Below are positions 37,400 to 51,649 of a DNA stretch of 64,000 nucleotides, piece after piece (the first letter of the stretch is position 1; every line of letters begins with the position of its first letter). Location: contig RHPI01003020.1 of NCBI GenBank assembly GCA_009103225.1, forward strand, positions 81,525 through 145,524, written 5' to 3'. Both the position numbers and the translations under genes were made by a program. The notes below the pieces were generated by a model. That model ran no database searches, was not told the DNA's origin, and worked only from the letters and a program-made list of their open reading frames with translations. This DNA comes from Chlorokybus atmophyticus. Lineage: Eukaryota > Plantae > Mesostigma and Chlorokybus algae.

Positions 37400-39600
37400 C
37401 CTCCGCACAATTTAGAGCTGAAGGTGCAAACCTTCACCAGCAGTTGCAGAGGACGCAACGGAGGGATGCAAATGCCAACACTGAGGTTGGGCGGGTGCGC
37501 AATGAGTTGGAGCAGTCGATGAAGACGGCATCAAGAACAAATGATGATTTCAACCAACTCCTAGCCGAGCTGCGCAAGAGGTTCCAAGATTCGCAGTAGA
37601 GGGCTGGGGCTTTAGATGCAGTCATTGCCAAGCTGCGCAAGAAGTTGTCGGAGATGGAGCAGAGGGCTGCATTAACGGATGCGGAGGTCAACGATCTGCG
37701 CAAGGCTTTTGCGGGGATGGAGCAGAGGGATGCAGCTTGCAACTCTTAGGTTGCCACCCTGCGCAAGACAACAGAAGAGTTGTTGCAGATGCGTCATGTA
37801 TTATGTGAGGCCTCGATCTATGGCCTTGAATTGCGAAACATGGATTTTCTATTGCGCATGCAGGCAACGGCCTCTAGCTCCAATGCGACCGCCAAGGTTG
37901 GCGAGTGCACGGCAACACATCCACCAGCTGCAACAGGAAGCAGCAGAGCGAGAGGCTGTCGCAAAGGCTGTTGATACAGCGGCTACCAATGCAGCCACTA
38001 ATAGAGTTGATGAAGCAGCGAATCAGCCGGCAGAGGCACGCACCTGCATTCACGAGCTGGAGCAGAGGTTGGCTGCAGCACCCAATGTGCCTTCAGCATG
38101 AGAGACTGTTGCAGGGTTTGTTTACACTGTAACAAGGGGAGGTAATCAAGCAGAGCGACCACTAGTAGAGGCGAGAATTCGCTTTTACGAGCTGGAGCAG
38201 AGGTTGGCTGCAGTACCTAACGTGGATGCATACAACAAGCTAGACGAGAATGATTCAGAGCTTACATAGCGACTAAGTTCCTTCAGATGCTGTAACAGCT
38301 TGATCATCAGGCATCATGCGCGGAAGGAAAGCTCAATGACGCGCAAGCAGCAGCAGAAGCTTCGAACAAGCAGATCTATGACCTCACAGCATAGGTGGCA
38401 AAGGTCATAGCGCAACTTTAGCAGGCTTGCACAGGTTTGTGTGCAGTACCTCATTGGCGGAATCAAGAAACGGGCGCGCCAGGTGTTCAACCACTTTTTT
38501 TGGACTGCGCGGATTTAAACGTGCAATAGTGTTGGGCCGTATGCAAAACACTCGACTCTTTAACGATTGGCCATTGATGTTTCGAGAGGACCCAGTCGTA
38601 TGGTCGGGTACTTTCCTGGAGCGTGCAGCTAAGATCAGGCAGGCGTGGCAAATACCACAACAAAGTGCCAACACATTCACTGGCTTTCAACCAGGCGGCA
38701 GTGGGTTCCAGGATTCCTACAGGAACGACACTTCCCACTACACTGGCATTTTGCACAAGGCCTGCTACCGTGATATCAATGTTGAACATGATAGTTGTGA
38801 TGCTATTCACGTTTTAAACCACCTACGTAACCTCGACGAGAAAATGGCTTCTTTTCGAGGGCCAGCGGCAGCGCCACTATTTACCTACAACGTCTAAGTA
38901 AACTATGCCGCTCCAAGTGAACTATGCCGCTGCATGGGCGTGGTTGCAAACCCCCGCAGGTGTATCAGCCTCACCAGATATCGCGATTAGTGCTCCATAC
39001 AAAGACCTCCTCGTCCTTGTCCTCTTCCTGCTAGTGGTGCTGCTAGTCCTGCTCCTCGTCCATCGCCTCCTGCTACTGGTTGATGTTCCCTTCATTTATA
39101 GCTTTAGTGTAAGTTGCCTAATGCAGTTGGCCTTTGCGCGCTGCAAGTAGACAGATAGAAGCAACTGTCAATCTTGACGGTCGCCAACAGACTGTCCATG
39201 CTATGTCATATGCAGGCTGCTGGGGCGATCTTTGGCTGTGAAAATGAAGAAGCCGGTGCCATGGACTTGCAAATTGCAGTGGCGATTGTGTGCACCACCA
39301 AGCCCAACGCCCCCACCAGAGAGGAGGCAATGACCATGTACAAGTACTACCATCACATCGAGCACGCGCAATTCCCGAGTGGTCACCAAATGGCATTCAT
39401 CGACCCTAATAGAATGGAGCGTATGCCAAACGCGCTGATCTTGCAAGCCATTGCCAGCTTTGCTGCAAGGAAAAAATGGTTGCTGGCAAACAAAGATGTT
39501 CCGGAAGGGTGCGAGTGGGGATCCAATAGTAAACTACAAGGTATACTTCAACGCAGCAAGTCAAGGACAGTCCTTCGCTAGTTGTTGAGAGTATTGACCT
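37400..39600 (+). pseudogene. Decayed coiled-coil and unknown ORFs
   Basis: Heptad-like EVGRVRNELEQSMK, AKLRKKLSEMEQRAA and duplicated HELEQRLAA, followed by unrecognised ORFs 38427-38897 and 39174-39581; many stops. Confidence 0.4.
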
Positions 39601-40075
39601 AATACATTGCAGGGCTTTTGAGCGAGGCAAAGACGAAAAGGCAATTCCGACCTCAGAGGCAGTGGATGAAACAGCCCTCGTCATCCTTCTAGGTTCGTGG
39701 TTTACTATGATGTGGTCAAGTTATATGTGTCAATGCAAGTTGAGTTATGTAAGCACATGACATTGCAGTTGTTGCGCAGAGTTCGACGAGCGCTTAGTGT
39801 TTGCAAGAGACTGTCAAGCAAGGCTATTGAACAAGGCTGTCGCGGTGGCTTCACATTGGGGCTGGATCAACCAAATAGCGCACACGTCAAGCTGAGAGAC
39901 TATTGTTGTTAGCTGCTCATGTTATCTACAGCGTGCTTGTAAGAGACTGTAAGGTTGGTTTTGACATTGGCTTAATATGTACGGGATGTTGTTGTACAGT
40001 CCATTACAGCACTTTTGTGAATTGTATACGTGGCGGATTGCATGCACTAGGCATGGTGCATGCACCAATTCTCAG

Positions 40076-40731
40076 ACCATGCATGGTTTGAGTTTGTGAC
40101 ATCATGTCAAATCATGCATGGTGCGACTATCAATCAGACCATGTATGGTGCGTTGTCTGATAGGCCCATGTATGTTGCTGCTTGTAAACCATGTATGCAC
40201 AACAATATTGGCATCTATGGACCATGCATGGTGCGACGGTCAATCAGACCATGTATGGTGCGTTGTCTGTTGGAACCATACATGGTATTACTTGTGGACC
40301 ATGTATGCACAACAATGTCGGTAACCATAGACTATGCATAGTGCGATTGTCGCTCAGACTGGCATCATACATGGTCCATTGAGCCAGGAGGGCACCGCAC
40401 CATGCATGGTCTGTACGATGATAATATAACAAAGGACTTCCGGTTGGTATCCATAGACCATGCATGGTGCAACTGTCATTCATCAGACATGTGGAAGTAA
40501 TAAACCATGCCCGTCCACTGTACTAAGGGGCATTGCACCATCAATGGTCCATAGAACCTTATATACACGGGCCACCATACATGGTGCGACCCCCAAAAAG
40601 TATGGCTTCATTCACGTGACTTCAGACCATGCATGGTCCGACTGTCAATGGCAGTCCTACCATATATGGTCCACTGAATATGTTTAGCAGAGGAAAACGC
40701 TGGTCCAAAGAAGGTACGGACCATTGATGGT
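40076..40731. repeat. Array of ACCAT-NN-ATGGT palindromes with a ~110-bp higher-order repeat
   Basis: 12 perfect copies (40076, 40138, 40221, 40248, 40275, 40399, 40457, 40537, 40574, 40626, 40659, 40720) plus about 6 degenerate copies. Confidence 0.9.
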
Positions 40732-41029
40732 CCCTTGACCTCAATTGGTGTGTCTATTATTGTACATTAAACCCATACTTCAAATGCAATACAGCCACCT
40801 GTTTGCACCTACAACAATCAATATATCATGCATATCGTCCCAGTGCAAAATTCACGTTGCATCATCAAGCACAACTTATGCTTGATGATTGCGTTGACAG
40901 GCTATGTGCAGGCAAACACTATTGTGGCGGCGCCACCTCGCTCACGTCATTACTATAATGGCTTATCAGCTGCTGTACATGCTTGTTGCTAGAATGAAGC
41001 ACACGCATGCTAGCTTACATTGCGTACCG

Positions 41030-41400
41030 CGATTGCCGACGGATGATGAGTTGATAGACCAAAAACAATCATTTTTCGTTGAAAACAGGCCCAGCAGATC
41101 TGATGCGCCCACTTTACAACCATTGCATGTTGGCAGCTTCAAAGTTGTTTCTGCTAATTGCTTAACAGAACTAACTTTGAAGCTGCCATCAAAACATACG
41201 TAGTGTACGTAAGCATGCTCAGCAAGTGACTTTAATGCAGAGCGAAAAGTTGTAGTCCCCATTGAGGCTGTACTCGACCACATGCTGCAAGATGTGACTG
41301 GTAGTCCTGAGGCAGGGAGCACCTGTCGGGTCCTCATATAATGGGTTGGGAACTCCAACAACCTGCCGGCTAAAACATGCCATTTACCCTGTTCGAAGAA
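41030..41400 (+). mobile_element. Chromovirus-type Ty3/gypsy relic (integrase C-terminus plus chromodomain)
   Basis: TLQPLHVGSFKVV...LTLKLP resembles the GPY/F motif; VPIEAVLDH...RVLI*WVGNS resembles a chromodomain. Confidence 0.55.
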
Positions 41401-42396
41401 CACGGCATGTGTGTATGCGCACATATGTGGGCATGGGTACATGTGCAAGCATGTGAGTGTGAGGATGCATGCGTGTGCATGAATGTGCGTATGGCTGACG
41501 CTGAGTGTAGGTATATATATGGGTGGGTGGGTGCTTGCGCGCGTGCGCACGAGCATGCAAGAGCGTGTGTCTTTGTGTGCATGCACATGCTCCGCACAGG
41601 CTATAGCTAGGTAGCACGAGCACATGACAGAGCTTGATTACCAACGCGTGCACGCTTGTGCACCAGTGCGTGTGTCTGTATGCCCATGCGCGTGTAAACG
41701 CGCGAACGAGTGTGTGTCTTTTGTTTATTCAACTGTGTGCTGCGGCAGCGATGAGTCAATATAACAGCGGCTGGTACCTGGCTAGCGAATAGTCCAGTTG
41801 TTCAGGGCTGAATTGTCAAAGATGGGCACTACACGGGCGCCAGCTTCCAGCCACCGCACCCAAAATACAGCAAAAGCGTGGGTGCTATACTTCAGCTGTA
41901 GTACCAAACAAGACAGAGAGAAAAGCACAAGTTGGGACCAATTTCATTGCTGTTGCAAAAAGAAAAGGGTGCAGTAGCCTTGAGTTCGACACCAATTGCT
42001 TGCAGCAAACAACTAATAACAAACGAACGTTAGACACAAATAGTAGATAAGGCCAGAGGCGCTTCACTTATACACACAAGCTGAGGAAAAGTAGGTAAAT
42101 AAATCAATATTGAGCAAATAGTCATCGACAGTTGCACGAACAGGGCGAAGAAGCCTAAGATTTATTTTTGATACAACGGTTTCCCACCTACATATGTGGC
42201 ACATCAAGGTGTACTTCCTGCGCTGTGACAGTAAGCTTGCAGTCTATTCTCCACACAAGGTGCAAGACCAGGAAGCCCTGTGGATAGAAATGCAACAGCG
42301 CACTTTGAGCCCTTTGACATGATACAATTGCTGCGTACAATGCTACTTGACCTATCAATAATAATGGCAGGGTCTAAGATGTCTAGCAAAACTGTC

Positions 42397-45300
42397 TCAC
42401 AAGAGGACCTCTGGAGGCACTCGTTTTCGGAGCCGCAAAGCTCGCCTGCACGCCGACATCGGCCGCATGGTTCCAAATATATCATATGACATTTTGAGCA
42501 TCTCATCGCTAGCGGACACAAGCCGCTTTATCTCCCTCGCATTCTTGTGGAGCACCGCCGCAATTATGTACAGGTGCAGCCCCACTCCCTTGACAGGCTC
42601 GTCCACGCAGAGCTGCGGGTTGTCCAGGACTCGATGTATGTACTCCTTTCGCCGCTGCATATGACCCTGGCGAGAACACACACTGTTTTCAGTAACAGCC
42701 GCAATCTGCAACATGCAAAGAATGCGTGTTGCAATGTGTGTCCAATGCGTGCCGTGCCAGCAGATGCAACACATAAATAGCAGACATGCAGCGGCCTGTT
42801 ACTGAAGATTGTACTCTGAATTCACTGAATGTGCGCACACAGCAGTGAACACATGTGTGATTGTGTCATAACCAACAGTTGTAAACGACAACATTGGTAA
42901 GCAACAACGTGACATGTTTGCTCTGGACTGCACTTTTCCTACAAGAGACTTGAAATACGCAAAACCCAAACAGAGTGTGCATACACAGAGTAGCCTGTAA
43001 CGCAGCAAATCGGATGTAACATATTGCTAATGAAGTAGCATACCTCTTGCCATCCAGTAACGGCCCCTGCAGCATCATTGCGAGCCTGCTGTACAGCTCT
43101 GGCAGCGTAAGTCGGGTAGTCCTTTGCCCAAATTGTTTCCCACAGCAGCATCGCGCGATCAAAGGACAGCTCTCTGCGGAACAACACTAGCACCATACGG
43201 AAAGCAAAGAGCGCATCACCGGAGTCCACCTCATCTAGATGGCGCCTCAAGGATGGGTCGCGTATTGCCTGTGAACAAGACAGTTGAGTTGATGATAGAA
43301 CAACAGTTGCAAGTGTGTTCCTAGCTGATACAATGACCCATACAGAGATGGGGGTGACTGGGTGCAGCTGGCTATACCCTGAGTTGACTACTGACTCGTT
43401 GACATTGCCCAAAGACGGGTCATGAGTTGCAATGAGCTATCACTCATGTTTCCTACTTTAGAAGGATGGGGTGATTGGGTGTTTTGCTGGCTATGGCTTG
43501 GGTTGTGAAGATATCAAAGGCTCATGTATTCTTAACAACTAACCAAAATTTGCATGGCTAGCGCCAGCTCATTGTGGACGCCCATTGGTCCACCCCGGCT
43601 GTCTGCAGCCAGTAGAAAGTTGGCCCGTAACCGCTGCATCAGGTGATGGAACACCCAGAATGCGTCCGCGTCTGATGAGTACAATATCACGAAAGGCGAA
43701 AGAAGGTCGCTCATGCCCTGCAGTCCAACACAAACAAAACTGTCAGCATGAACACTAGCACACATACTATACAGCGGGCAATCTGAATGATGGAGAGTGT
43801 GTCAACTTCGTGCTCTGGTGAGAACTCGGTATGGTTCAACAACAACCAGAGGTCTTGTTGTTTTGTATATCAACTTGTATCCTAATGCAGAATTGATACA
43901 ATTTCATGTTACATACTGCCTGTTAACGCATGTTGAACAGAATGTGACACACAGAAGTGTCGGTAAGCCAAGGGCGATTGTCCTTGCCCGAAAACAACTC
44001 ACTTGGCAGTAACCTGTTGGATGGTCAATCCAGGCATAAGTGGATAGAATCCTTTGCATGCGATACAGGTTGTCGTTCCTGGCCCCTTCGTAGAAAGTCA
44101 TGTTCCGGTCCGTGCGCACAACATCCAGCTCAATCAAGCGCTGCAACAACACTTCCAACATCAACAAAATGAACCCTTGTGAGGAATCAAAGCAACACAG
44201 AATACACACACTGTTGTTGAGTCCCATACCCAGTGCTATGCAATGCTGATGCATACACACCTGTGTGTCGCGCCAGTTCTCGGGCATGCGAGGATCAACC
44301 GGTTGGGTGGTGGGTGATTCAGCTGCGCCGTTGACATGTGCTCCTTGTGCACCCGCTCGTGCTATGCTGATGTCAGTGGCAGAGGTGCTTGCAGAGAGCA
44401 TCTGTTGGGCTTGAGCACTTGGCTGTGGTGAAGATGGCACATACTCGTCTCGTATTGTCTCGTTGTCAATCTTGTTGGAATGGCGAGGCTCAGAGCTGGA
44501 GTGCGGGGTCCCATTGTGAATGCCGTTGTGCTCAACGACGGCTATGTTGTGCTCTTGGTCCAACTCGGCGTGAAGCCCGCTTGCCAGGGGCGACATGGCC
44601 ACCAGCTGGCTGCTCGCATGCTGCCATTGCTGCAGCAGCTGCGTGTAAAGCTCTGCTCTTAGCTCTCGCAACGCCTGACGCTCTGCTGCTGTGCTGTCGG
44701 GCGCAAAGCAACCCAGCAGAAACTCCCACACCTGCAAAACAGAGACAATGTGCCGTTCAAAAATGATATGTTAAGCTATCCCAACCCTTGCTTTGCCTTG
44801 GATACTGCAATGTGAGTGCTACGCTATCAAACAGCCTTGATGCAAAATCATGCACACATTGGATTTATTGTGAAGATGAACAATGACAAAATTTGTAAGC
44901 ACAATACCATGTTGCCACTACCACATTGGTACACATGTGCAACATACAATGTCACATTGCCTGGGAATGCCCGTTGTGCTCCCATCCAAGGAATGGACAG
45001 CGCAGCAGCGTGGTGAATGACATGTATCAGTTGCGGCGACGCACGACGGAAAGCAACGTTCCCCAAACCATACAAGCTCCTAGGGTGATGTGCAGCAACT
45101 GCGGACCAACAAAAGCTGCACATCCGCCCTTGTGACAATATTGCTATGCGATACAGGGCTATTGTCGACAAGCACAATGAGTGATTAGACACACCTATGC
45201 TGCATTTTGCAGATAAGACAGCATTGCTTTAAGCGCAATGATTTGCTATAGTTACGGCATATTTGCTGAACATTTAACACATAAGGAAAATAGGAACTTG

Positions 45301-45830
45301 TGAGCAAACCTGTGCAACTTACAAAGTGCTGACAAGTGATTACCCTTGTGACAGAGATTTACTGGCAAATGCTAGTAGTATTAGCAGTGTTGTAACCTCG
45401 CCCAGCGCAACTTGCATTAAGGACAAGTGGTGAGCAACTGTCACATTCTGAACAACTGATGACTGCTGGGAGTTTGTGGGTAGGCTGGTATTCTCGCCCA
45501 CGGCAGCTTGGAATTGCAACAAAAACAAGCAGTGAACATGATGAAAGCCTTTGTTCGATCTGACACTGAACACTGGCTGGCAATTTTCACTGTGCAGTAA
45601 CATCAACCACTGCCAGAGTTTCATACCTTTTCTATCTCATCATCAACACCCACCTCTGGTCGGATGGTTGGGTCAACGCCGCCTCGCCTGATTTTGCGCC
45701 TGATGTCTGTGAACCCAACAATGCGGCCCTCAGGGTCGTGCGCTTTGGCCCAGCGGCCTGGCGTCAGGGCCGGAGGCGGGTCGGCCACGGAGGGCCTGAT
45801 GCAGCCAGTGGCGGCCGGCCACAGCGGCAT
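42397..45830 (-). CDS. TBC-domain Rab GTPase-activating protein (TBC1D15/Gyp7-like, plant type), multi-exon
   Basis: GGVDPTIRPE|VWEFLLGCF, IELDVVRTDR (R-finger), YCQ|GMSDLLSPF (Q-finger), FAFRMVLVLFRRELSF...LWETIW. ATG 45830; GT-AG junctions such as 45654/44731. Confidence 0.9.
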
Positions 45831-46369
45831 GGACGGCCACAGTGCCAATGACTAGAAGGAGGAGAAGCACGCCCACAACAACAACAGCAGCAGCCACAAC
45901 CAGCACCACGCCGCTCCCTAGCAAAAAATCTCATTCCCTAAACTTCCCGCAAGCTGCAGCAATAACTCATTTCCCACGTGCAATGCAATACGAGATAAGA
46001 CACCCACGAGTACAACTGCACCGATCCCCAGTTTGTCGCCAGCAACGCCACCGCTACCGCCGCCGCTCGCAAGTAAACCAAGGCTTTAGGAAATGACTGC
46101 AGAAAGTCTTTGCGCAAAACCGTTCAGAAAGCCACTGCCTCGAGTACCGTACTGCCACGGACTAACCTCCGTTGTAATAATATTATATAAGAACGGAATG
46201 GTGTCGAAGTTAAATCCCCATGCTCGGAGATATATCAGCTGCATTGATTCTAGGCGTGGTGTCAATGCAATCATACTTGTGTTAGGCTTATGATGTAGTG
46301 TAATGTGGCAACTTCTAAACTGCATGATTGACCGGGGAAGTGTCAATAGTCTGTGGCAGTACGGTAGTC

Positions 46370-49000
46370 ATGACTCTGAAGGTTTGGGACCACTTGGACT
46401 ACTTGGACCACCAGCGTTGCTTGCAAGCTGCGGCGGCGAGCTGCGGAGGAAGGAAGCGGATTAGGCGGATGAGCATGAGAGGAGGAGCTGCAGGATGTGA
46501 ACGACGAGACACGTAACGAGACACACAGAAAGCAACGCTGAGCTGGTGGTCTAAGTAAACGTCATCTCCTTAGCTTATACCACGCTGGCTAGTCCTGTGT
46601 ATCCTGTAGTGCATGGAAGCTCTCGTTGTGTTTTGGCAGCAAACTTGTTGATGGCTTTGAGGTAGCTTGTCAGAGCAAAGGGAGTGTAATAAGACGGTTG
46701 CGTACACATTGCTTTCTTGATGCTCCTGGACAGTAGTCACTAGTTGTCCATGATAACAAACCGCATGCAAACCTTCTTTCTACCTTCTTTCTATTGTGTC
46801 ATCTTCAGCAGGAGAGAGAGCAGCTGGTTGCTTGTGGCGTCAGCCGTATGGCAGCATGCTTCATGCTTCTTTTGGCCCGTCCGCGCGGTCGCAAGCTTCC
46901 AAGTTGCGGCATTTGAGAGCTGGTGAGCACAGTTTGAGGCCACGGAGGCAGGAGGAGCACGAGGCAGGTGACGGCAGCACATACTTGCATTAAGAACTCG
47001 CAGTTGGTTGATTGCTATGCTTCAAGCTTCAAGCTCAATGCTCGCTGGCCCAGTTACAGCTCTCAAATGGGCCAGCGAAGCACTGTTGCAGCTGTCACTG
47101 AGCTAGCTGCTAGTAGCAGCTAGCTCAGTGACAGCTGTAAGCACAGTGAAGGTCATGTCTTGGCGCCTGAGCTACACATACGCACGCTCGCATGCGCACG
47201 CGCATGTGCCCGCGCACTCACCAACTCAGTTGGCCAGCACATCTGTAGCTGCACGCCACAGCTGCTTGGTTCAGTCAGTCAAGGCTGTCACAGGTTTAGA
47301 ACATGCGCTCATTGCAACTTTACCAATGACAGTTGACCAGTCACAGCGGAGTTTGTGTTACGCCCAGTATGAAGTGCTGTTGGGAGTGCGCTGCACGACG
47401 CCGTCTGTGTCGGAAGAGTTGAAGGCACTCTCTGATGGCTGACAGGAAGCATTCATGAGCAGCTGACCAGATTGGTGTTGAGAGAGAGATTCCAACCGCA
47501 GAAGCGCGTTTTCAATGTTTGGGGGTGTGTCTGACACACTTCATGATTGCTGCTATTGCCTGTACTCACAGTCGTGGTCACGTTTGCTTAGAGCAGCTGT
47601 ATTGCCGCTGCCCTACAGAGGTGCTGGAGTACTTGTCCACGACGACAACCAAACTGCATATGCCTCCTGCCTGGAAACCCTGTACCTCTGAACAGAGACA
47701 AACTCTCACCAAGGCAGAATCATACATCAAGAACGCTTGCAGTGCGCTTATCGATAGCAGGCTCTGCAAGCATTCTGCTCTACCGTTGAATGCCTAACCA
47801 ATGCATACAATGCGCATGCTTCATGATTTACATGCAGGGTGCGATCCTATACTACGCAAGGTTCTTATCAGAGTTGCACACTGGGAACGGGCAAGCTACT
47901 GTCGTTGGTAAGCAAGTCACCATTACCAGCAGTGTTTCTGCTTGACTATACTATACTGGCTGTTGACCCTACTTCCGGCCATTTTCACTGTTCTGAAGCG
48001 CCTTGGTTGGTTTCCTCGCAGGGCTTGGGCATGCCGGCCATTGTGGAAAGGTGAGCTGGCATACCCAACCTTGCTGTTGTACTGCACGTGCATGTCGTAC
48101 TAGCACGTATTCGTCACTTGCAAGTATCAAACTTGCGTTCACTGCGCCAAGCCACGTCCTGTTGCCCATGTGCTTGTTCATCAATTGATGATGGTTGTTA
48201 CTTACAGGCAGTCAACAAGCGGTTCTATTCATTATGGTGCAACAATGCTCCGCTTCACACATTCACATGATCAGCATGGGTTTTGCTCACGTACAAAGCA
48301 TCATGTGTTGACTTGACAGTATCCACCAGGACATGCGTGGCAGTCAGCTGTACGGGCTTCTTTATCAAAATACAAGCTGGCCTACTCGACAGCATAGATG
48401 GACTTCAACTTGAAGCCTGCCAGATGTGCTGGTGATACGTCAATGCGTTGTGTATGCGTGCGTGCAAGCGTGTTTGGTACCATAGAATTCTTTCTGTGTT
48501 GCACTGAGATAGTTTGCCAGTCCTGCATTGAACATGATGTGCAACGAGATGCAGCTTCCTGAGCAGCAGTGTGTGTGGCTTACAGGCCGGCCATTCAATT
48601 GGGAGTTACATGGTGCAAGAGATGTTGCAAAAGAGGCCGGAGCGGGTACAATGTGGTATCGTTTCAAGTTTGCGCAGCGCACTGTTGCACATTGTTGCAT
48701 AACTTCTTTCCCTCACAAGTATACACAATGCGCGAGGGGTATGCTCATGCATCATTATGATCACAATCATCCGAAAACAGCATGCCACCAACATGTAACA
48801 CTGTCACACACTTCACCACCGGGCTACTCCCTACCCAACTCACTGCCTACAGAATGGGCGTTCATGTGCTTCTGGTGCAGCAGGTGCTGGGCATGCACCC
48901 CTTCCACTATCAACTTTGGTGCCAGTAGGCAGCAGTTTCTTGCATAGCACGGTAACACAGTCCGTGAAATGTCTGCAGTGCAGGAGTTTTGCATTGAACC
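46370..49000 (+). pseudogene. Possible decayed multi-exon gene, unrecognised family
   Basis: Short blocks bounded by cag|...|gt: GAILYYARFLSELHTGNGQATVV, GLGMPAIVER, AVNKRFYSLWCNNAPLH, VWLTGRPFNWELHGARDV; stops present and no consistent model. Confidence 0.25.
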
Positions 49001-50824
49001 AGAAAACAGCGCCGTTTCAGCTGCGCGCCCTAATGTGCATGCATGTGCGTGTGCGTGCGCGTAAACAGGTTGGCATTGTGCCACTGGCCGTGTCTATTGG
49101 TGCTATCGAGCGTTTCCTTGCAATATCAAGAAACTGCACGTAAGGTCACGGTTCCGTGACACGGTGGTGCTTGTATATGTCACATAGGCCGTGCAATGGT
49201 GAGTCACATGCACAGCATTGCATATTTGCTACACAGTAGACCCTAACGTTAGAATGCACAGCAAAGGACCTGAAGGTCAATGCAGTACTGTGTAAGCACT
49301 ACACATTGGCAAACTGCTTGTCCAAGCTGTACATTTCAATTGCATGCTTTTAACTATGACCAACATGATCAACAAGCGATCAAGCCATGGTCATGATGGT
49401 GTGATGTTGTAACCCCATTATGCATGGATGCAGTACTACAGTGGTGCCCAGTTCAGCTATGTGGGCAACACTGAGTTCTAGCAAGTGACAGATGCACATG
49501 TCATGTGTAAATCGCTGTTGAGCTGCACTCTAAATTGCCGAGGTTGTTGTGCACATGTTAACGCGCCTTAATGGGCGTTAACATATGACGACAAGGAGCG
49601 CATTGCATCTTTGTTTAGTATGGTTGATCATTGGGGCCCTATCATACACCACGATAAGGTAAACCAAGCATGCATTCTGGGTTATTGCACATTGCATTGA
49701 CATGCAACCAGCGCATTGGTACTGATGTCACATGTAGCCAAGATTCAAGCTAGAGCTCTGCACAACAACAAAACGCTTACTAGTATATGAGAGATAGTAT
49801 GCTACATTGGTGTGTTAATTAGCGTATACGAGGACCATCGAGTCTTTTGTAGGCAGTGCCGTAGATGGAAAGAGCTTACACAGATACTGACGCTTGCAAC
49901 ACATACGGCGTCGCATCAAGTAAAGACCGGTCACCCAAATATGCTTACATTCAACTTGCATGCAAAAAACAATGAGTGTTGCAGCAAAACTATGGCATAA
50001 TGATTTGTAAGTCAGTTTAAGCAAAGCGTCCATCAATGCGGCACCTGCACAAGCGCCTCGTGCAGCATGTGTTCAGCATATGCGTAAAAGGGCCTTAAAC
50101 CGACCCGTAAAATATGTACAAACCATGCGTTATAAGTGTGACATGTTACGCGCGCCACGGTAACTACCTTTAAGTATCAATCGCGTAGACGCTTATGATG
50201 TGTTGTAAGTTGACGAGATGACGAGGTCGACAAAGATCTTAATTGGTAACCTAGCAGCATCCGATACATCATTTTTATTGTGAAGCATATGTTAAGCAAA
50301 CTCATTGAAAATGCCCTCGACCAACCCGTGATTTGAATATAATCATGTATTAAAAGCGTGACTTGTTGCCCATCACATGAATGGAATAGCTATGAATTGA
50401 AGACTTATATGAGACATGTATAGGAGGCGACTTTTACTGCCATAGCATCAGGGGGTAGTGGTTAAGGTGTCGATGTTAAGGTTACATATCTTGTAATGAA
50501 GTAGACAGTCGCAACGTCTTGTGAGTAATGACGCGGTTGGCGGAGAAAGCATTTGATGAGTGAGCAGCACTGAAGAAAGCGCTTTGATTGGGCAGCATGT
50601 GTTAAGCAAACGTTTCTATAGGACTCTGAACCGATTGGCGAGATTAATATGGATGTCTCGATAATCGTAACTTATCTCCCCCTTAATTAATATGTCAGTA
50701 CCATGTTAAATTCGCGCAATAATGCATTTAAGCTTACGTAACTCGAGGGCCGCGAGCGAAGGAAAAGCCATTTGAGAACTTGTCGTGAAGCTTGCAAGTC
50801 TTTGATCAAAAGGGGGGGGGGGGG

Positions 50825-51422
50825 NNNNNNNNNNNNNNNNNNNNNNNNNNNNNNNNNNNNNNNNNNNNNNNNNNNNNNNNNNNNNNNNNNNNNNNNNNNN
50901 NNNNNNNNNNNNNNNNNNNNNNNNNNNNNNNNNNNNNNNNNNNNNNNNNNNNNNNNNNNNNNNNNNNNNNNNNNNNNNNNNNNNNNNNNNNNNNNNNNNN
51001 NNNNNNNNNNNNNNNNNNNNNNNNNNNNNNNNNNNNNNNNNNNNNNNNNNNNNNNNNNNNNNNNNNNNNNNNNNNNNNNNNNNNNNNNNNNNNNNNNNNN
51101 NNNNNNNNNNNNNNNNNNNNNNNNNNNNNNNNNNNNNNNNNNNNNNNNNNNNNNNNNNNNNNNNNNNNNNNNNNNNNNNNNNNNNNNNNNNNNNNNNNNN
51201 NNNNNNNNNNNNNNNNNNNNNNNNNNNNNNNNNNNNNNNNNNNNNNNNNNNNNNNNNNNNNNNNNNNNNNNNNNNNNNNNNNNNNNNNNNNNNNNNNNNN
51301 NNNNNNNNNNNNNNNNNNNNNNNNNNNNNNNNNNNNNNNNNNNNNNNNNNNNNNNNNNNNNNNNNNNNNNNNNNNNNNNNNNNNNNNNNNNNNNNNNNNN
51401 NNNNNNNNNNNNNNNNNNNNNN
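50825..51422. other. Assembly gap flanked by poly-G
   Basis: 598 N. Confidence 1.
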
Positions 51423-51649
51423 GGGGGGGTTCATTCGCACAAATATGGTTCTCGTGCCTAGTGCAAGTAATCAAACGTGGATGCATGAATGTTCAAAGAG
51501 GCCCTTATTGCGTAAAAGAAGTAGTGAAGGTAGGTAGGTAGCAACAAAAGTAAACAGCCCGATGCGGACTGTAAGTGTGTGATGGTGTAGTGTGATGACC
51601 GCCAATGCATGTGCCACACTTTCATGCATGCCTCAATCCTTGCATACAA

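Noticed and set aside
40076-40731. Palindrome array as a CRISPR array
   Set aside because: Repeats are only 12 bp, spacers are of uneven length and partly duplicated, there are no cas genes, and the context is eukaryotic.
50445-50530. tRNA-like GGGGGTAGTGGTTAAGG
   Set aside because: No T-arm (GTTCRA) or acceptor-stem pairing follows.
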